Below, piece by piece: positions 51,537-64,000 of a stretch of DNA of 64,000 bases. Origin of the DNA: the human T2T-CHM13v2.0 reference genome, Homo sapiens; NCBI RefSeq assembly GCF_009914755.1, contig NC_060935.1. The stretch is one strand, 5' to 3'. Made by a program: the position numbers and the translations under genes. The notes beneath the pieces were generated by a model that was given only the letters and a program-made list of their open reading frames with translations, had not been told where the DNA came from and ran no database searches. Numbering within the stretch: position 1 is the first letter of the stretch; every line of letters begins with the position of its first letter.

Positions 51537-52869
51537 AGAGAGGCCCAGTCAGTTGGGTCAATCAATAATGGCCATGAACAAGTGGCTCTGCTTTTCCTAT
51601 GATGACAGCCACAAGAAAGTTTCTACTAAAGCTGGTATCTCTATGTTCATACTTCTCTGCAGCGTTCAGTGTCAAAATGTTCATGGAATTAACAAGGCTC
51701 AAGTGGTTCTCAGAATAAATTGAATAATAAAAAAAACTAGAATTTTTTTTTAATATTGAGATACTTAAATGAAAGGTATTGTCCAGGTATAGATATCACT
51801 GCCATTATCCAGGAAGGGATACCAGTCAAATGGGTCTAGGGACAATTTACTCTGAATGTTTCTTTAACTGCTATATTAATAAAATGTAATATAATACATG
51901 GTAAATATGCACTCAGCAAAACAAGAGCTTGCAATCGCTCTCAATTATTAATGGATATTAAAATTCAAACAAGCTAAACCACCCCTCAAACAATTCAGAT
52001 CACAGAGCTAGACAAATATTAGCTTGTTTCCCAGCTGGTAACCCAAACAGAGTTCAATCTAGTTATTCATTCAGGAAAAAAGAAACTGCCTATGTCATTT
52101 ATCTTTAATTCATTGTCCTGTTGAATACATATATCTGACAACTCTCCTCTAGGTCAGACCACTGCTTAGACATTACTTCCACTATTAACTTCAACAATAG
52201 TCCACTTAAATAAAATGGGGCAATGACTGTGAGAACTTAATGTAAAAACTTTATAAAGACCCCCTAATCCTCTGGCAATTCCAAAACAGATCTCTAGGCT
52301 TCAGGCTGTGTGACATTTGTACCTATGGAAGAAAGAGGAACTACAGACCAAGTGTACTGACTAACCTCAACCAAATGAATTTCTAATAGAACTATATAAT
52401 CAGAAATTTTATCCTGATTTTCTTTTTGCATAAGTAAATGAAATTATTTGAAGAAAGAAAACTTCATCTACAATTCCACCACCTAATACCACGTCACATC
52501 TTTTTTTCATTATTCAACATTCCCTTCAAATCCATATCTAAGCATAAACAGAATTTTCACTCAAAGACATGACCCAGGTCCTATTTCTCACTTAATTTAG
52601 ACAAAGATTTTCTCAAACTAAGTCCTATAGGGCCCTAGTGCTCCTGGATGTGCCTCAGGAGCCACCACAAAGGAAATCTGCCAGTAGGCAGCCAAGTGAT
52701 AAGGCTTCCTTCTCCCATCCCTGACTTTCCTATCCCTATTCCCAATTCAACCAGAACAGTTATATTTTTATCTGTTTTAGATTTTGATGCTCTGCATACA
52801 ATTTTAAAATAAAATAAAATAAAATAAAAATGGTGTATTACTACTAAGCATTTAAAAATAAAAGAATGT

Positions 52870-53140
52870 TCCCAGCACCTTGGGTGGCCAAGGCAGGAGG
52901 ATTGCTTGAGGCCAGTAGTTTGAGACTAACCTCAGACATAGTGGACCATGTCTCCACACACAAAAAATTTTTTTTAACTAGCCAGGCATATGCCACCAGA
53001 TACTCAAGAAGCTGAGATGGGAAGATCTGCTTGAGCTCAGGAGTTTGAGGCTGCAGTGAGCTGTGATAGCACCACTGTATTCCAGCCTGGGAAACAGAGG
53101 GAGACAAAACAAAAACAAAACAAAACAAAAACACCAAAAA
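52870..53140 (+). mobile_element. Degenerate Alu (AluJ-like), slightly 5'-truncated
   Basis: Alu dimer; AAGAATGT on both flanks. Confidence 0.92.
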
Positions 53141-54499
53141 CTAAGAATGTATAGAATCATGTAATTTTAGAGCTGGACAGAACCTTAGAGAACCAATGAT
53201 TTTATTTTACAGATGTTAAAAGAAGGCACAATGAGAAGAAAGACTTATCCAAGTTTATACAGGTAATTAGGAACGAGAATTGGATCCTAGGTCTCTATGC
53301 CCAACACAAAAGCCTTATTCCTAATTCAGGAACCATTCATTCACTCATTCAGTAAATATTTATCAAATGCTACTGTATGCCAGGCAGTGACTGAAGAACT
53401 GAGACATCAAGAAACAACCACAACAATGAAAACCCTGCCCCCATGGTACTTACAGTTTAGTAAAGGAAGATAAATAATAAATACAACAAATGAGTAAAGA
53501 ATACAGTATATTAGCAAGTGATAAAGCAAAGTGGGGAGATGGGGCAGCAGAGTGGAGGGAGCAGGATTAGAGGTTACAATTGATGAATTTCCTCAAAGAT
53601 CACTACCCATTCAGTCTTTATGTGCATATGTGCATTTGTGCTATAATTCATTAATTCAGGCTCACCAATTCAGAAAAGGAAATAATCTAATGGTAAATCT
53701 GCCTGAAATTTCCCAGGACTCTATCTATTCTTTTAATAGCATCCAAAGTAAATCAGTATAACAAGCAGAATGTTAAAACTATTTGGTAAAAATGTTAAAC
53801 AGCACCTTAGAAGCACATACAAACATGATATTAATTGCTGCACTTGGCTCCACAACAAGCCAAGAATGTGACCAAAAAGAATTAGAAGTGAGGACCTAGT
53901 TGCCCTATTCTTCTGGGTAATACTGGATAAGATGATTAAGTTCTCTGAGCCTGAGTTTCCCTATCTATAAAATAAGAGGGCAGGGTAAGATATTCTCTGA
54001 GGTTCTACATTATCATTTGAATATCAAAGCCCCCTAATGTGCTAAAAGCATTATGTAATATCTCAGTAGTCATATCAGCATTACGATTTGAATCCAAAGT
54101 AGCCCTAATAATAACACATTACATTTATAGAGTTCTCCAGTTTTCAATGTGTTTTCATATTCATTATTCTCATCTGACAAGTAACAGAACAGGATTTTTT
54201 TTTCATGTTCTAATAAAGAAGGCTGGCCCTTCAGTCAATCCAAGGTAATACGAAGCTTCCTGCTCTCTAGGGCGTACACTCTGATCCAAACGTGGCTCCA
54301 GCCAAGGAAACCAACAGGCATTTCACAGAGAGACTCACAGTTAGGGGTTCCATTCATTAGGGTTAAGGATGCCAAGAGTACATGAGATACCATTTCGTGG
54401 GTACAGGGAGTTTTCAAATGAAGTACTTCAGACACTCAGGCATCTGCCCCTATACTGGTGATGAGCGTAGGGATCAAGGATGAGAATGTGAACTTTAAT

Positions 54500-55330
<831 letters not shown>

Positions 55331-55657
55331 TAAAAATTCCTGTCCTACCTACCTCACAGAGGTAGACAAAAAAACAATATAAAGATGAACTTTCTAACAG
55401 TAAGAACTATCCTAAAATGGAATCTTTGGGGAGAGAGTTCAAGCTAGCAGTATGTGACCACATGGCCCCTGATTAGGTTAGACTTTAGAGACCTGGAATT
55501 CTACAGCCCCCTGTGAAATATCTCTACCCACAGGATATGTTACCCCATCCTTCCTGCCTAGTACCCTGATGCTCAGTGGTACATACTATTGGGGATAAAG
55601 CAAGTAGTCAGTGGCCAAGAAATAGAGATCCTCCAGGGGAACAACCCTAGCAGTCAG

Positions 55658-55703
55658 TGGCCACTATGCCATCACCAGCTTGGCCACTATGCCATTACCA
55701 GCT
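55658..55703 (+). repeat. 23-bp tandem duplication
   Basis: TGGCCACTATGCCATCACCAGCT / TGGCCACTATGCCATTACCAGCT. Confidence 0.95.
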
Positions 55704-56166
55704 TCTAACACCACAAGTAGTAAAAGCCCCTCTGTCCAGCAAACATATTGCTAGGACCTCTGCTACTGGTTCTAGGACACTGTGCTCATGGACTTCTCTG
55801 AGGACCTAAAGTGGTCCAAAGGCTTCACTTTGCAGCTGTGGTCCCATATATACCATGGGAAAGGAAAGGAGGAGTCAGACTGTCAAATACAACCATCAGA
55901 CATTTTATTCTTGACCCACCATTGGGTTTGGCCCACCAAGTATTTTAAAAGACAATATAGTAGGGATTTGGCTTGGTCACAATATAATATGAGCATCTTA
56001 ACTTATACCTATATCCCTGCAAGCACCTAAAGTTGAGACAGGAAAAGTGAGAGGCAAAGTGACTTGCTGAAAGCCATACAGCAAGTTATCAGCAAGCTAG
56101 GTTTAGAACCCAAGTGTCCGGGCTTCCAATTCCATGTGTTACATTACAGAATCCCTAGCTCCTCAG

Positions 56167-56229
56167 GGACCCTAGACCCCTGATATTAGGAGGACCCCAG
56201 ACCCCTGATATTAGGAAGGACCCCAGACT
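56167..56229 (+). repeat. 25-bp tandem repeat, ~2.4 copies
   Basis: GGACCC(T/C)AGACCCCTGATATTAGGA twice, then AGGACCCCAGAC. Confidence 0.95.
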
Positions 56230-58233
56230 CTTCTACCTCCTATGGTTCTCTTTGCCCAAGACTGCAGGACACTTTAGTTATTAAGTTGTCAGTGACTGAG
56301 ACATGAGGAAATATGAAGTTCATACTTGTAGTTAGGAGTAACTGACAGCAAGCAAACAGAAAAAGACAGGACATCCTTGGAACATATGGGTATATTGGGT
56401 ACTCTAGACCCAAAATTTTATACAGGAAGTGAAATAGCATCTAATGCTAAGTAGATCTATGATACAAGTGAATATCCATATTCCTCACCAGAGGAGAGAG
56501 GTAGAGATACTTCATGGGTATCAGAAGAGGCTGGAGCAATGGACAAATGGGTGTTAGAAAAAAATCAATTGCTACCTTGGCTTCTTGGTCCTCCTTAGCC
56601 TGGCTACAGATTTCCTCTCATCAGAGAACTATTATAGGATAGAGCATAATAAATGTAATAAATTCTGAATGAAAGAATGTTTATTCTGGACTCTATTTAA
56701 GATGGTGACTCTATCACCTAGGAAAGGGGTGAAGAAGTCTGGTGTGTTATATTTTTCCTACCATTCCACATTTTCATATTATCAGAAAAGAAATGTTAAA
56801 AGATTAGAAAGTGGAGCAGGAGTAGGAAGACAAGAGTGGCAGAACAAGGAGAACAAGAGGGGAAGGTTGGGGTAGAGAAAAGACATAAGAATAGAAAAGC
56901 ATTAATAGTAAACAAGTCAGATGACAATCCTGGAAACATAAGTTATTTGCTTTCTAATTTAAAAAGGAAAGTAGACTTCATTATTCAGACTTCTATTCAC
57001 TCACCAACCTGTCTTCAGCTCCCTCCCCGGTCTGATGGCTTCCAAGATAATGAAATATCAAGGTAAATCAGGCAAGAGTATTTGAGTGTGGACAGAAAAA
57101 TCTAACTCCCCTGAGCCCCACCTGTTGCACTGGAACACTCTGAAATGCCATGAGTCTTCTCAGCTGGGAAGACTGCTAAGAATGGTGAATTAATTTGGGC
57201 ATTTCAGCACAGAGAAGCTGAGGTGCCACCTCACTGCATGAATACAGTATGCTTCCTCTGGATCACCAGGTATGCCTAGGCATCACAGGCAGCATGACTC
57301 CTGACAGATGGGGCAGCCCTTGGGGGAAAGGGAGAGCCAATGAGCCAGAAGGGAGCAATGACACAAGGGATATCCCAAAAGTGCAAACACAAAGCAAAGG
57401 CCAGCCTTTGGGTCAAATCCATAGCTCCGTGGGACCCTGTCCAACTGGCAGCAGATGGCTGTTCTATTCTAGACTTGGCCATTCCTCTTAGAAAACCTCT
57501 TTGGTAATAGGGTTGTCAGTCCCTTTCTCAGTCTAATGAATGCTCAGACATCAAAAGGACATGCAAGCAAGAATGTCACCAATATTTTCAGCAATATTTG
57601 AAAATCAGAAGGAACAGTTAGTTACTTGTTTTATTTGGAATTAAACATGTTTATTACAGAGGAAAGAGCCCCAGAAAAACCTTTCTAATAAAACAGGCAG
57701 TATACTCTCTAGCCTGGTTCCTCCTTTCCACCTCCAGTCTAACAAAGAAGAAGAAAGCTGAATGGGAAGAGGTCTAGCAAATGAACTGAGTCCAGTATGG
57801 TGGGTTCAACAGGGAAGTTAGAATAGCACGTTTCAGACCAAAAAAGAGGGGTCAAAGAAAACCCAAGCCACCTTGCACTCTAAACATTCCTCTCCTTGTG
57901 GGCAAGACATCAATATCCCAGGATGCTAACAAGGCCATCTGGGATAGAGGAAAAGACGGTGCATGGTGAGTCAAGATTATCTGGGTTGAAGGCCCTGCTC
58001 AGCTATGCAGCATACTTAGCCTCTTTGAGTTCCAGTGACCGCATCCCCCACCACCGCCCACCCAACTGTAAAACAGAGACAATAACATGTACATAACTTA
58101 TTATTACTAATGGCAGAAATAAACAAGACAGTGTACATGTAGAATGCTAGGTAAGGAAGCCCTCAATGTCAGTTTCCCATGCTCTGCCCAAACCCACACA
58201 CAACCATTTCTTTGAAAAATGGTGATCAGTCTT

Positions 58234-58386
58234 TTTTTCTCTCTCTCTCACTCTGTTGTCCAGGCTGGAGTGCAGTGGTATGATCATCGCTCACTGCAGC
58301 CTTTAACTCCCAGGCTCAAGAGATCCTCCTGCCTCAGCTTCCCGAGTAGCTGAGACCACGGGGACACGCCACCATGACCGGCTTGA
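58234..58386 (-). mobile_element. Alu right monomer (FRAM-like or 5'-truncated AluJ)
   Basis: TSD TGATCAGTCTT at 58223-58233 and 58387-58397. Confidence 0.92.
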
Positions 58387-58610
58387 TGATCAGTCTTACG
58401 GCCCCTTTCTAGTGTTCCTTCAGTCTTACACTGGAGAAAGTAAGTGCAAAGGCTGAGATATGAACCACCGCCCAAGGTCAGACCACCCACTGCTCAAGGC
58501 AGGCTCCGAGTCACTGTACTTCTGCTGAATTGTGGCCAAAAGCATTACAAATAAGTTTTCTGTTTCCTCACAATTTGGTTTCTCCACCAATATTTATTAT
58601 AAACATTTTT

Positions 58611-58667
58611 AAACACACAGAAAAGCTTAAACATACAGAAAAGCTTAAACATACAGAAAAGCTTAAA
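58611..58667 (+). repeat. 18-bp tandem triplication
   Basis: AAACA(C/T)ACAGAAAAGCTT x3. Confidence 0.95.
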
Positions 58668-61507
58668 TAATTGTACAATGAACACTCATATTCCTACTAC
58701 CTAGATTCTATAGTTAACATTTTTCTGTATTTGCTTTAATCACAAATCTAGCCATCCCTCTCTCTATTCACCAATCTTTTTAAATGTATTTTAAAATAAG
58801 TTGTAGATACAAGTGTCCTTCACATATGCTGATGAGTCTTTCCTCCAATTTTTAAAATTGTGGCAAATATACATAACATAAAATTTACCATCTTAACCAT
58901 TTTTAAGTGTACAGTTCAGTGGTGTGAAGTATATTCGCATTGTTCTACAACCATCACCACCATCCATCTCCAGAACTCTTTTCATCTTGCAAAACTAAAA
59001 CTCTGTACCCATCCCAGGATCATACAGTATCTGTCTTTTTGTGACTAGCTTATTTTGCTTATCTTAAGGTCCTCAAGGTTCATCTATGTTGTAGTATATG
59101 TCAGGATTCCCTTCCTTTTTAAGACGGAATGATATTCCATTGCATGTATATATCACATTTTGTTTATCGTCTATCCTTTGATGGACACTTGGGTTGCTTC
59201 CACTTTCTGGGTATTGTGAATAGTGGTGCTATGTACATGGGTATGCATATATATCTTCACGATTCTGCTTTCAACTCTTTTGGATATATATCCAGAAGTG
59301 GAATTACTGGATCATATGGTAATTCTATTTTTAATGCTCTGAGGAACTGTCATGCTGTTTTCCACAGCAGCTGCACTATTTTACGTTCCCACCAATAGTG
59401 CACAAGGGTTCCAATTTCTCTACATTCTGGCCATCACTTCTTATTTTCTGTTTGGTATAGTAGCCCTTCTAATAGGTGTTGGGTGGTATCTCATTGTGGT
59501 TTTGATTTGTACTTCTCTAATGATTAGGGATGTTGAGCAACTTTTCACATAATCTTGGTCATTTGTATATTATCTTTAGAGAAATGTCCATTCAAGTCCT
59601 TTGCCCTTTTTTAAAATTGGGCTGTTTGGTTTTTGTTGTTGCTGAGACCTTGTAGATTTATAGCAAATCTTGAAGTCGGGTTAGGTGGATCTTGCAACTT
59701 CATTCTTCTTTTCCAAGATTACTTTGGATAGTCACAGCCTTTTATGTTTCCATATAAATGTCAGAATCAGCTTATCAACTTCAACCCCCAAAAAAGTCTC
59801 TTGAGATTTTGATTGGGGTTGCTTTAAATCTACAAGTCAACTTGGGAAGACCTGACAAGTTAACAACATTGAGTTTTCCAATCTGTGAGTGTGATATCTC
59901 TCTCCAATTAATTGGGTCTTTAACTTCTCCCAGCAGTGTTTTGTAGTTTTTATGTACAAGTCTTGCACGTTTTTGTTAAGTTTATACCTAAATATTTTGT
60001 ACTTTTTGATATAACTGTAAAATTATAATCGTAAAAAAACTGCTTTTTAAAAATTTTCCAATTCTTTGATGCTGCTATATAAAAAAAAAGTTGATTTTTG
60101 AACGTTGATTTTGTACCTTGCTAAATTGCCATTTTGGTTCTAATAGTTATTTTATAGATTTGTTAGATTTTATAATTCAACAATCATATCATCTGTGAAT
60201 AGAAACAGATTTACCTCTTCTTTTCTGATTTTAAGCCTTTTATTGCTTTTTCTTGCTTTATGGCACTGGCTAGAACCTCCATCCAGTATAATAGTGAATA
60301 AAAATGGTGAGAGGACATACTTGCCTCATTCTGATCTAAGAAGGAATACATTAAATTTTTCACCATCAATTATCATGTTAGTGCTTTATAAGTGCCCCTT
60401 ATTAAACTGCAGAAATTCCCTTCCATTTCTAATTTGCTAAGTTTTTATCACAAATAAATGTTAAATTTTGTCAATGATTTTTCCACAACTGTTGAAGTTA
60501 TTATTATGGTTTTTCTCCTTTATTTTGTTAATACATGATGAATTAAATTGATTTTCAAGTGAAAAAGCAAGCTTTCATTCCTGAGATAACATAGTTTGGT
60601 CATGATATATTATCCTTTTTAAATATTAATGGATTTGATTTGCTAATATTTTGTTGCAGATTTTTGTGTTTATGTTCATAAGGGATACTAATCAATAATT
60701 TTCTTTTTTGTAATGTCTTTGGTATCAGAATTATGCTGACTTCATAAAACAAATTTGGAAGTGTCCCCTCCTTTATTTTCTGAGTTTGTGTAAAAATAGT
60801 ACTATTTCCTTACTTAAATATCTGATAAAGTTTATTAGAGAAACCACCTAGGCCTAAAGAGTTCTTTGTGGAAAAGTTTTTGATAATAAATTGATTTCTT
60901 TACTAGACATACAGATATTCTGATTTTCTATTTCAATTTCCTCTTGTGTTTTTGTACACTGTAGTTTTTCAAAAATTAATCCATTTTATCTAAGTTGCTG
61001 AATTTATAGGCATAAAGTTATTTGTAATATTTCCTTAGTCTCCTTTAATGTCTACATAATCTGTAGTGACATACCTACTTTCATTTCTAATATTTGCATT
61101 TTGTGACCTTGTTTTTCCTGATAGTCCAGGTAGGGCTTTATCAATTCTGTTGATATTTTCAAAGAATTGCTTTTGAACTTTTATTTTTCTCTCCTTTCTA
61201 TTTCATTAACTTCTGTTCTTTCCTTTATTATTTTCTTCTTTCTATTTACTTCAGGTTTATTTTTACTCTTTTTCCAACTTCTAAAGGTAGAACCTTAAGC
61301 AGTTGAATTTAGTCCTTTTTCTTTTCTAATATATTCATTTAAAGATATAAATTTCCCTCAAAGTACTGCTTTAGCTGCATCCCACAAACACTGATGTGCT
61401 CTACTTTCATTATTGTTCGAAGTTTTTCAAATCTTTTTATTTTGAAGTAAATTCAAACCTAGATAAAAGTTGAAAGAACCACACAAAGAACTCCTGTTTA
61501 CAATTAA

Positions 61508-61877
<370 letters not shown>

Positions 61878-63035
61878 TTTATTTTTTTCTAAACTGTCTC
61901 TGATCAAGTTGCCAAACTTGATGCCCCATTATTCTAATATGTCAGTGTGTTTGCCACCAAAATTGACATCACTGTCTACATAACAATTCAACCATCAAAA
62001 CTAAAAAATAAACACTGATATGTAACTTTCAAGAAGCTTCAGACTCTAATTTAGGTTCTACCAATTGCCCCAGTAATGTCCTTTACAACAAAAGGATCCA
62101 GTTCACAACTGTACATTTCATTTAGTTGCTATGTCTCTTTAGAATCTTTCAACCTGGAACAGTTCCTCAGTCTTAACTTCCAGGACCTTGACACTTGTGA
62201 AGAATGTGCCTGCTTTTGGTCACTCTCCATTTCCTTCAGGTAGTTTTTTTCACATTTTGTCTGAGTTTATAGTTGATTTCTGTAGGAGGACTGGTCTGAT
62301 AGAAACTACTGCACCACTACCAGAAATGGAATTGAGATGAGATTCAATTCTCTTCTGAGCACAGATCCCGCATGAAAAACCCGCTTCTCTCTGTTTGATT
62401 AGCATGGCAGATCTCACATTTACAAAACAGGAACAGCTATATTATACAGCCTCATAACATTTCATAAAACTTTTCCAAATATCTACTTCATTATTATAAT
62501 TAAGATGATACCGACACAGAATTAAAAGATCAAATAGTACAGAAAAGTATAAAATGAAAAGAAAAGGCCTTCCTGCCTAACATTAAAAGAATGATCTCAT
62601 GAACAAAGTCTCTCTATTCTATGCTTGCCATATCAGTGATAAGAAAACTAGAGGAAACTTAGGCTGGAAATCAGAAGATATAAGTTTCCAGTCCTAATTC
62701 TACTGCTCCAAAAATGGCCTTAAATAAGCCACTTACTCATATTTGATACACAATTAGCACTTTTCTCAGCTGCTAGGAGTATATTGAATTGTTCTGTGCC
62801 TAACTTTCCTTATCTGAAAAACATACATAGCACAAACCATCTTTTCTATATGCCGCCTAGGTAGGAAACACAATGATTTAATAATGTATGTTTGAGTGTG
62901 CTGAAAGCACAATACAAATATAATAATACATCAGGTATTACACCTCTGGAAAAATCAAATGGAAATTAGAAGCCTTGGTTGGAACATAGAAGAATCTATG
63001 CTCTATTTAGTTTTATATTATTACACTATCTATAC

Positions 63036-63235
63036 CTGCACTGTCCAGTGTGGTGGCTACTAGCCACATGTGGCTACTGAAATCTGAATTAAAATTAAAT
63101 AAAATTAAAAATTCAGTCAGTCGGTTACTTTAACCATATTTCAAGTGCTAAGTAGCCACATGTGGTTATTAGCTATTGTATTAGACTGATACAGACCTTT
63201 TCCATTATCCTAGAAAGTTCTACTGGACAGCACTG
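63036..63235. mobile_element. MER33/MER3-family hAT element, probably internally deleted
   Basis: Termini CTGCACTGTCCA ... TGGACAGCACTG; TAGCCACATGTGG twice; 8-bp TSD ATCTATAC/ATCCATAC. Confidence 0.88.
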
Positions 63236-63344
63236 ATCCATACAATTTTATACTATGCATTCTCTTACTTGCCTGATTTTAATGTTATTGTTGTGGAACT
63301 AATACACAGCAGCTAGCCTGCCACTATAAAACAAAACAAATAAA

Positions 63345-63706
<362 letters not shown>

Positions 63707-63859
63707 CTAGAATGGTATTGGCCTTAGAACTTTGGAAGAACCCTTGGAACTGCTTCTCATTATACAGATTAGGAAAGTGAGGCTCAGAGAAAGCAAAGTC
63801 TCTGGTCCTAGGTCCCACAGGGAGTCAATATCAGAGATGAAAATGGAATCCTGGTATGC

Positions 63860-64000
63860 AGTAGCATAGGTTTTGCAGTAGGATCAGGGTTTTACTAGCA
63901 ACTTTGTCATTTACTAATCACGTGACCTTGGACTAACGACCACCACTGAGTCTCACTCTCTTCAACTGCAAACGGAAGAATAATAATCCCTACTCTGCAA
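63860..64000 (+). mobile_element. MIR SINE, cut by window end
   Basis: CATTTACTAATCACGTGACCTTGG...GTCTCACTCTCTTCAACTGCAAACGGAAGAATAATAAT. Confidence 0.7.

Noticed and set aside
55600-58670. CRISPR-like or iteron arrays
   Set aside because: Direct repeats are adjacent with no unique spacers, at most 3 copies, in a primate context with no associated genes.

Overview
This is primate (human-like) nuclear DNA, not a prokaryotic or viral locus. It is dense in Alu, L1, L2, L3/CR1, MIR, MaLR/ERVL LTR and hAT (MER1B, MER5, MER33) relics, and CpG-depleted except for one small island. I find no credible protein-coding exon, RNA gene or CRISPR-like array. The long ORFs in the track come from the GC-rich island, a simple repeat or transposon sequence. 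The best reading is a long intron (or 5' region) of a gene probably transcribed on the minus strand. Main non-repeat signals: (i) a CpG-island promoter at ~1.56-2.36 kb with NF-Y CCAAT boxes, RFX X-boxes, an HRE-like site and a hairpin; (ii) a promoter/enhancer-like island at ~24.1-24.5 kb; (iii) motif-dense enhancer candidates at ~39.8 kb and ~51.0-51.6 kb; (iv) a ~400-bp compound purine repeat built on AAGGG; (v) weak candidate minus-strand cassette exons. I cannot support a novel biological system. Repeat family names and most boundaries are by eye from remembered consensus sequences and are approximate unless a target-site duplication (TSD) is quoted.
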